A stretch of DNA of 64,000 nucleotides from Eledone cirrhosa (lineage: Eukaryota), in contig OZ024744.1 in NCBI GenBank assembly GCA_964016885.1, forward strand, positions 7,750,001 through 7,814,000. The letters are read 5' to 3'. Shown here piece by piece: positions 56,039-64,000 of this stretch (position 1 is its first letter; each line of letters begins with the position of its first letter). The notes beneath the pieces are model-generated. The model worked only from the letters and a program-made list of their open reading frames with translations. It made no database searches and had not been told where the DNA came from. The translations under genes were made by a program, and so were the position numbers.

Positions 56039-58687
56039 ATGAAGGAACCAGAAATTATTCAGAGATTTCCAGAGCCTGGCCAGATTTCCACTGATAATGA
56101 CACATCAAAACTTTTCAATAAAGATCACAACTATTTCTCGGTGGAAGAGAAATGTACGTTGTTAATGCCACAAGGTTTGGCAGACTCAAAAGATGGTAAC
56201 TATGGTTTAGGAAAAACTGCACTGGATTCGTCTTTTTCAGATGTTTTTCAAAATGGAAAAACACATTTTTTATCATTTCAAAGCAAAAGCCCTAAAGATT
56301 CTTTGCTGCCATTGGATATTACTACAGTAAATCCCATAAAAGAAGAACCAAGATCTAATCGATCTCGCCTTGAAACACGTTTCAGAACCAATTCTTCTGA
56401 TTCAGCATTCAGTGAAGATTCTCTTATTGACTTTGAAGGGGACGATGACGCAAAACTTGAATCACTAATAAATCAATTAATTTTCAATTCAGATGATCTT
56501 CAGACAGATCTTTCTAGTTACGTCAAATCCGATAACAATGCAACATTCAGCGATATCGACAGTTTTGACGTTAATGATTTGTTCTGTTCAGATGTCATTT
56601 GCGATAATAACTCAAAATCGACTCCCGTCCGCTATTCAGATATGGCTAGTGTCGAAAGCACGTGTTCATCGTGTAATGGCGATTATTCACATGCAAAGCA
56701 ACAGAATCCACATTTGCTCCTCAAAACTGACAGCTCATTTCCATTGGTGGAGATAAGCAAATTTTCAGAACTAGAAGCAAGACAATCATTAACCCATACA
56801 GCGCCTTCGATCGAGCTCTATGACAGCTCGGATGTCGTTACCAGTCACACAAAATGTGAACAGGGAGGTTTACATTCCACCTCACCTTTAAATACTAATA
56901 TACTTGAAATGACATTTACTCACACAGGTGAATCCGTAAAAAGGGAAATTTCAATTTCGTCCCCAAATATCTTGCAAAATGCAGATAATTACGAAAATCC
57001 AAGTGAATATTGTATTATAGGGATCGATGGAAATGTGCATAAGGACAATACAGAGTTTGATAGTGATGATATGAAATCGATTCCTGGTGCAGATGAACTG
57101 AAAGATGATATAATGAAAATAAAATCAGAATCCACTGTTACTGATTGTAATCTAGATAGTTCCGTTTCAAAATCTGATCAGTCGGAGAGACAATTCCACT
57201 CACATCCTAACAGTGAAATAGAAATTGTTCACACTACGGTTAATACTGTAAGAAATGAAATGGAACATGAAGCCCTAAAAGGTGATAATCCACTTTTACA
57301 ATCTTTATGTTTGTTTGACACTTTGGCTGCATATGATGATGTACAAAAACCTTATAAAACGAATGACGGCCTGGTTTTCACGAACGTATTTGAAACAGAT
57401 TCCGGTAGACCGCATAAAAACGAGACAAAGCATGTTTCTGAAAACCTAGTATTCGATAAACAATTTGACATGAAAAGTGAGAGCACTGAAAACAGTTATT
57501 TAACCGAGCAGGTTGCTATCGATAACTTTAAAGGCCGTACGTTGAATGATTATCTAAGCCGTGAAAAACAAGGTGACTTCAGTAATTTGATTTCAAAGAA
57601 GTACCATTTAAAATCGATTTTGAAAGATTTGTTTCTAAACGAAGAATATTTTGAACAAAACAAAACAGCGTCTCCTCTTTTAGCTAACGGAGATCGATCT
57701 CCAATCGAAGACAAAGAATCCGTCGAAGATTACAACACTAAACTTTTACGTTCCTTAGATGTTCTTGCAATTCTTTCCCCGCAATCCCAGACTTCTAGTG
57801 ACATGGAAATATTGATTGAACAAACTGATAGTGGGGTGCAGGTTAAGGATATAGACACAAATTCCCTGGGTAATTCTAATCAGAAACAATCTTCTAAGAA
57901 AAGATCAGTGCATAATATTAACTTCCTTTCCCAAGCTTCGCGTCAATTGGATGAGGTTTACCAAGAAAATCCAGGATTACATTTACAAAATGGCTCAGAA
58001 ATGAATGATAACAATTTTGTTGGTGCGAGTGGCTGTAATATTGAAACGGACTTGGAGTGTAAATCGTCAATAGCAAATGTTCTATCGTATAAAGATAGGT
58101 CAGAACATATAAATAGCAAAATATCGCCACCATATAAAATTATATCATCAGATGATTCGGACACCAAACAAATTAAAGTTCCAAGACTCTCTTTAAATAG
58201 GAAGCATTCTGTTGATTCCAACTTGGTAGGAGATAGTCTCCTTCGTAAAGTACTCACAGGGAAATTATCTTCACCAACATCACTATTCACAAATGGTCGG
58301 TGCGTTAAAGAAAAAGAGAAAAGTTATCAAACAATACAATTTCCTAACTCAATTGATTTCACTAATTTCCCGATTGTCAACAAAACACTCGCGAATTTCA
58401 CAAATAAACTTCCGAAGGAAAAATGTGTTGAGATGTCAGAACTAGAGAAATACCTTAGAGGGATGATGCCAGCGGTAGGTAGCAATGAAAAGGTTTCAGA
58501 AATGAGTGAAACGGAGTTAGAAGGCCACATAATGTGCCATAAATATACAGGAAGATCTTTTCTTAAAAGGTTACTAACCGGTGAATTAAATTCTGATATG
58601 TATCATAAAATCGATGCAAAACTATGTAAGCAGGAACGCTTATCACAACTTGTTGATAAAATGAGTAAAACATCTCAATCAAAGTGA
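56039..58687 (+). CDS. Intronless acidic, largely disordered 882-aa protein with LxxLL-like motifs; function unknown
   Basis: 2.65-kb stop-free non-repetitive frame in AT-rich DNA; pyrimidine tract + TAG acceptor at 55961-55962; in-frame TGA at 55994, so first ATG is 56039. No transposon motifs. Confidence 0.85.
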   Translation: MKEPEIIQRFPEPGQISTDNDTSKLFNKDHNYFSVEEKCTLLMPQGLADSKDGNYGLGKTALDSSFSDVFQNGKTHFLSFQSKSPKDSLLPLDITTVNPIKEEPRSNRSRLETRFRTNSSDSAFSEDSLIDFEGDDDAKLESLINQLIFNSDDLQTDLSSYVKSDNNATFSDIDSFDVNDLFCSDVICDNNSKSTPVRYSDMASVESTCSSCNGDYSHAKQQNPHLLLKTDSSFPLVEISKFSELEARQSLTHTAPSIELYDSSDVVTSHTKCEQGGLHSTSPLNTNILEMTFTHTGESVKREISISSPNILQNADNYENPSEYCIIGIDGNVHKDNTEFDSDDMKSIPGADELKDDIMKIKSESTVTDCNLDSSVSKSDQSERQFHSHPNSEIEIVHTTVNTVRNEMEHEALKGDNPLLQSLCLFDTLAAYDDVQKPYKTNDGLVFTNVFETDSGRPHKNETKHVSENLVFDKQFDMKSESTENSYLTEQVAIDNFKGRTLNDYLSREKQGDFSNLISKKYHLKSILKDLFLNEEYFEQNKTASPLLANGDRSPIEDKESVEDYNTKLLRSLDVLAILSPQSQTSSDMEILIEQTDSGVQVKDIDTNSLGNSNQKQSSKKRSVHNINFLSQASRQLDEVYQENPGLHLQNGSEMNDNNFVGASGCNIETDLECKSSIANVLSYKDRSEHINSKISPPYKIISSDDSDTKQIKVPRLSLNRKHSVDSNLVGDSLLRKVLTGKLSSPTSLFTNGRCVKEKEKSYQTIQFPNSIDFTNFPIVNKTLANFTNKLPKEKCVEMSELEKYLRGMMPAVGSNEKVSEMSETELEGHIMCHKYTGRSFLKRLLTGELNSDMYHKIDAKLCKQERLSQLVDKMSKTSQSK

Positions 58688-58814
58688 AGAGACTAGATGC
58701 ATACACATACACACAAATATACACATGTGCAATTAATATATATATATATATATGTGTGTAAATATACATATACATATACATATACATATATATATATATG
58801 TATATATATATGTG

Positions 58815-58891
<77 letters not shown>

Positions 58892-58975
58892 AGGAGGTGA
58901 GTTTTATTGTAGTACAATAAAGCAATGCAGATATCGGATAAGAAGCACTCTACAGTTTGTGGGACTGGAGTATGC

Positions 58976-59285
58976 ATAATATAAGATCAAAAGATGGTTA
59001 AAGGAGTTCAATATATTTTATTATGCGCATTTCAAAAACAAACATCATCAAGCAATAATATTTGTGTTTTCATCAGATAAAACAGGAGAACATGATATGA
59101 AGGCTAAAAAACATTGATTTAAAAAATGTTGATTTAAAACAGCACTATCCACAAGTGTTTTTTAGCCTTCATATCATGTTCTCCTGTTTTATCTGATGAA
59201 AACACAAATATTATTGCTTGATGATGTTTGTTTTTGAAATGCGCATAATAAAATATATTGAACTCCTTTAACCATCTTTTGATCT

Positions 59286-59293
<8 letters not shown>
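58976..59293. repeat. ~138-bp inverted repeat, each arm containing a complete HHR
   Basis: Arms separated by ~40-bp spacer; (TA)n on both sides. Confidence 0.93.
59187..59253 (+). ncRNA. Type I hammerhead ribozyme (mirror copy on minus strand at 59016-59082)
   Basis: TTTTAT-CTGATGA-AAACACAAATATTATT..GATGATGTTTGTTTTT-GAAA-TGCGCA-TA-ATAAAA. Confidence 0.85.
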
Positions 59294-59362
<69 letters not shown>

Positions 59363-59475
59363 TAGATACATATATACATATATACATATTTGTTTAATTA
59401 CAGGCATATACATACATGTATATTTATATATATGTGTATATATAATTATATATATGTATGTCTGTGTGGTTATAC

Positions 59476-59511
<36 letters not shown>

Positions 59512-60126
59512 ATGTGTGTGTGTGTGCGCGTATGTGTATTTATACATATATTCATACATGCGTGCTTATAGACAGAGATATGCATATATATATCCTTATA
59601 TATTTATATATGCATAAACCTACCGACACAGACACATAAACAGATAAATATATGTGTATATATTAATATACAAAAGTGCGTCTTTCCGCGCGCGTGTTGA
59701 ACACATTAGTAGGAAGAAAAAGATGTTATTTATTGAAGTAATGCTTTCTAGGATATAGTATTTACAATTTAGTGATGAATTGAATAGGAAAACAAAATAT
59801 GTTTATAAATATATTGACTTTATACATGAATACTTTCATAAATATAGGTGTATACAGCCAAACACATGCATTCATTCGCATATATTGCTATTGGTACATG
59901 CATAGATACATATATACATACAAAACACACACATATATACATACATACGTACATACATACATACATACATACATACATACATACAAACATACTAACATAT
60001 TTACATACATACACACATATATACTAACATACATAAATACATACATATATATATATACATATATATATACATACATATATACATACACACATAAATACAT
60101 ACATATTTACATACACACATAAATAT

Positions 60127-60160
<34 letters not shown>

Positions 60161-60162
<2 letters not shown>

Positions 60163-60360
60163 GGAGAAAGTATGACCCCGACGGCAGAGCTCAAGCTGTT
60201 TCGACGGCTATTTCTGGACAGTCCAGAAATAGCCGTCAAAACGGCTTGAGCTCTGCCGTCGGGGTCATACTTTCTCCTATTACCCACTCTACTACCCTAA
60301 GTATTGATTACTCTCGTGTGTTATGGTCCATCTGGTTCCTTACCACAACTCCTTCGTTAT
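60161..60360. repeat. Fold-back element (60161-60279) plus family tail
   Basis: Palindrome centred on TTCTGGAC-A-GTCCAGAA. Confidence 0.9.
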
Positions 60361-60471
60361 ATATATATATATATATATATGTAGAAGCTATATTTAATTT
60401 GTTGGAATTCCGACAAACATAAATGTGTATAACTGATATAGAGCACTCAACAGTTTACTGGAGTAAATATT

Positions 60472-60694
60472 CCAAGATATTAATAAATGGAAACTATATT
60501 TATAAAACCTTGTTTATTTTATTATATATATTTCAAGGGCGACCAAGCCATCTTGGTGCGCTTTCATCAGATAAAAAACAAATTTTGTATTTTATCTGAT
60601 GAAAGCGCACCAAGATGGCTTGGTCGCCCTTGAAATATATATAATAAAATAAACAAGGTTTTATAAATATAGTTTCCATTTATTAATATCTTGG
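60472..60694. repeat. ~105-bp inverted repeat, each arm containing a complete HHR
   Basis: Arms end in ATAAAA/TTTTAT with a short spacer. Confidence 0.93.
60590..60649 (+). ncRNA. Type I hammerhead ribozyme (mirror copy on minus strand at 60517-60576)
   Basis: TTTTAT-CTGATGA-AAGCGCACCAAG-ATGG-CTTGGTCGCCCTT-GAAA-TATATA-TA-ATAAAA. Confidence 0.85.
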
Positions 60695-60766
<72 letters not shown>

Positions 60767-61002
60767 AAATGTGGGTAATATTAAATATTATCCAGTTACA
60801 ACTATGGGAATAGCTCAATGTAAAATAACAAGCATATTACAGAGCCGAAATACTTTATGTATATATACATACATAAAGTATAGGTATGTCTATGTATATA
60901 TGTGTGTGTGATTTGAAATATGTATATTTTAACAGAGATATATTCATAACTGTTTATATTACTGATTATAACGTCTCATTTTTACAAAAGAAGGGTTTAC
61001 TA

Positions 61003-61057
<55 letters not shown>

Positions 61058-61239
61058 ATATATATATGCATGTGTGTCTTTATACATGTGACTGTGTGTT
61101 TGCAACGGGAAGCCCAAAGCATCATATTCATGTAATATCATGAAATATCCCTCCATTTTCTTGGTGCAGAATGCAGCTTATTTTTCAGTATCTTCTACAA
61201 CTGTAAATGTAATCGACATATATGTGTTTATAGATTTAT

Positions 61240-61270
<31 letters not shown>

Positions 61271-61281
61271 TATATTGCACA

Positions 61282-61401
<120 letters not shown>

Positions 61402-61500
61402 GTATTTCCGTAGAAAAGGTAAACGGAAGAAGAGTGCTCTATGTATAGTACAGAGCTACTTAATTATATAATTAAATATATACACACACATATATATACC

Positions 61501-61534
<34 letters not shown>

Positions 61535-61579
61535 GATATAGATAGATATATATTATATGTATGAATAAACATAATGATA

Positions 61580-61838
61580 TTACGGGGTCGATAAAATAAA
61601 GTACCAGTAATGTACTTGGTAATTGCTGGCCTTGTTATAGAAATTGGCGGTAGATTTGCAGTATCGATAGAGGGTCGGACGCCATGCTTTTCAGCAAAGA
61701 GTTACGGCCCTTTATGGTCTGAGTTCAAATCCCGCCGAGGTTAACTTTGCCTTTCATCCTTACGGGGTCGATAAAATAAAGTACCAGTAATACACTGGAT
61801 ATTTGCTGGCCTTGTGCCAAAAGTAGAAACAATTATTA
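61580..61838 (+). mobile_element. tRNA-derived SINE (partial + fuller copy)
   Basis: TGGCGG..A-box-like, GAGTTCAAATCCCGCC B-box-like, conserved body and (ATT)n tail. Confidence 0.8.
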
Positions 61839-61843
61839 TAGAA

Positions 61844-61918
<75 letters not shown>

Positions 61919-63207
61919 ATATATCTATATTTATATTTATATGTGTGTAAACGTATATATATATGTGTGTTTATGTGTTTAAGTATATATATGTGCGTAT
62001 GTATGTAAATGTGTATTTGTCTGTACGTGCGCAGAAGTATCAAGCGACCGATATGTCTACAGATGTTTAGGTAGCACGAAGCTAATTAGCAAGGTTAATC
62101 AAAATATAAGATCAGCTTTTAACATAATTGAATGCAGCAATAAGTTGATAGTGAATTAGTAAAAGAGCATTGTAAAGTGATAACAACATAGACGGTATCC
62201 ATCGCGGTATCAGCTTATTCGACTGTGTGTAGACCTGCCACTGATTAGCTCATACGTCATATATCTTTCATGTACCACAGACAAACTTATTTGCTTTACC
62301 TATCTTTCCTATATTCGTACGAAGGATTATTAGAAGCGGACATACATTTGAAATATTTAGGAAATATAGGATTCAGTTCTTCTGTACTTAAAGATTCAGC
62401 ATCGCCACACCCGATAAAATCCATGTAGTTAAATTGTTAACTGTAACTTTTAATTTAATAATTGAAATACCTAACGAGAATCTTACATATGAAAACATTG
62501 GTTAAAGGAGGTCGCTTAGGATCTTTTTGTAATTTGTGTTGCCGTCAAATGTTCCAATCATTGGAACAACGGAACGATCTGCAAATTAAGACACGAGCAG
62601 CCTTAATTTAATTCTCAGGGAGATTCACTATAACACAGTATGCGACATACCTGGGCTTTGAATCCCTGGTATATTTCCTTTTTGCCAGCTGAGTGGACTG
62701 GGGCAATGTGAAATGAAGATACATGTTCAAGGACGCAATACACTACCATTACTCGCTTAGTGTGTCCGCAAATATGAACTTTTTTGATAGATTGCATCAT
62801 TTTTTTAAACACGCACTAAATACCATTTTGTTCAAGGAGAAATTGGTTAGTAATCCCAGTATATACTATAGCACTATAGAACATAGAAAGTACAGATGGT
62901 TCAGTCCCATCTAGTAGTCAACTATATATAATAACTTTCACATATTAGTACATACACTTCCACTCCTAGCCATATATATGGGAGCATATTTAACCCATGA
63001 TATATACTAGAGGTGTAGACCAAATATGTGGAATACCAAACCATATAATATCATCGTGCAGTTGCTGACGCCTATAATCTAAACATGATATAAATACAAA
63101 CCCTGACATCTACTAAACACCATCAAACGGTAGGTAGAATGAGAGAATGGACATTAAAGACACGATACTTTAACCATATATATATTTATATATATATATA
63201 TATATAT

Positions 63208-63690
<483 letters not shown>

Positions 63691-64000
63691 GGGGTTAAAT
63701 GAACAGGGATGTGTGGACCACATTAAGGTCTATCGGTTGTGAAGTAGATAAAAGGAAACGCACAACGAGCTGTATAAAGGTGCAAGACGGAGCATTATAT
63801 ATCAATAAATGATCGGAGGCCATATTCAGTTGGTTCAGGTTTATCTAAAGTCTGTTTTACATATTTCGCTGAGGATTATCAGTTTTGATAGCTTGAGCTA
63901 ATCAGACGGTAATACCCATAAGAAAAATGAAAGTTCATAAAAAAACCTTTATGTTTCGAAACATCCAACAACTTCTTCGAGAAAGATTTCCATTTCTTTA

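Noticed and set aside
61715-61740. tRNA gene
   Set aside because: Only a B-box-like motif within a multi-copy SINE; no cloverleaf.
63865-63900. Hammerhead (CTGAGGA-TATCA/TGATA)
   Set aside because: GAAA and stem III missing.

Overview
Eukaryotic, AT-rich, repeat-dominated genomic window. The long (TA)n/(CA)n tracts and tRNA-derived SINEs look octopus/cephalopod-like, but that assignment is inference. One likely host coding region is present: an intronless ~880-aa acidic ORF at 56039-58687 with LxxLL-like, PLDIT and SUMO-type motifs. The rest is minisatellites and microsatellites, several families of Penelope-like elements (PLE; RT + GIY-YIG), L1/Tx1, CRE-, R4/Dong- and RTE-clade LINE fragments, SINEs and Helitron-like ends. 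The strongest non-obvious signal is a dense set of minimal type I hammerhead ribozyme (HHR) motifs (CUGANGA - stem II - GAAA - short, often palindromic stem III - UH - stem I) from several unrelated sequence families. Many sit in short non-coding, (TA)n-flanked units that are either fold-back palindromes with an HHR on each strand, or terminally redundant ~420-430 nt monomers resembling non-LTR retrozymes. One family carries a compensatory U3-A8 core. All folds were read by eye; no searches or computations were run.
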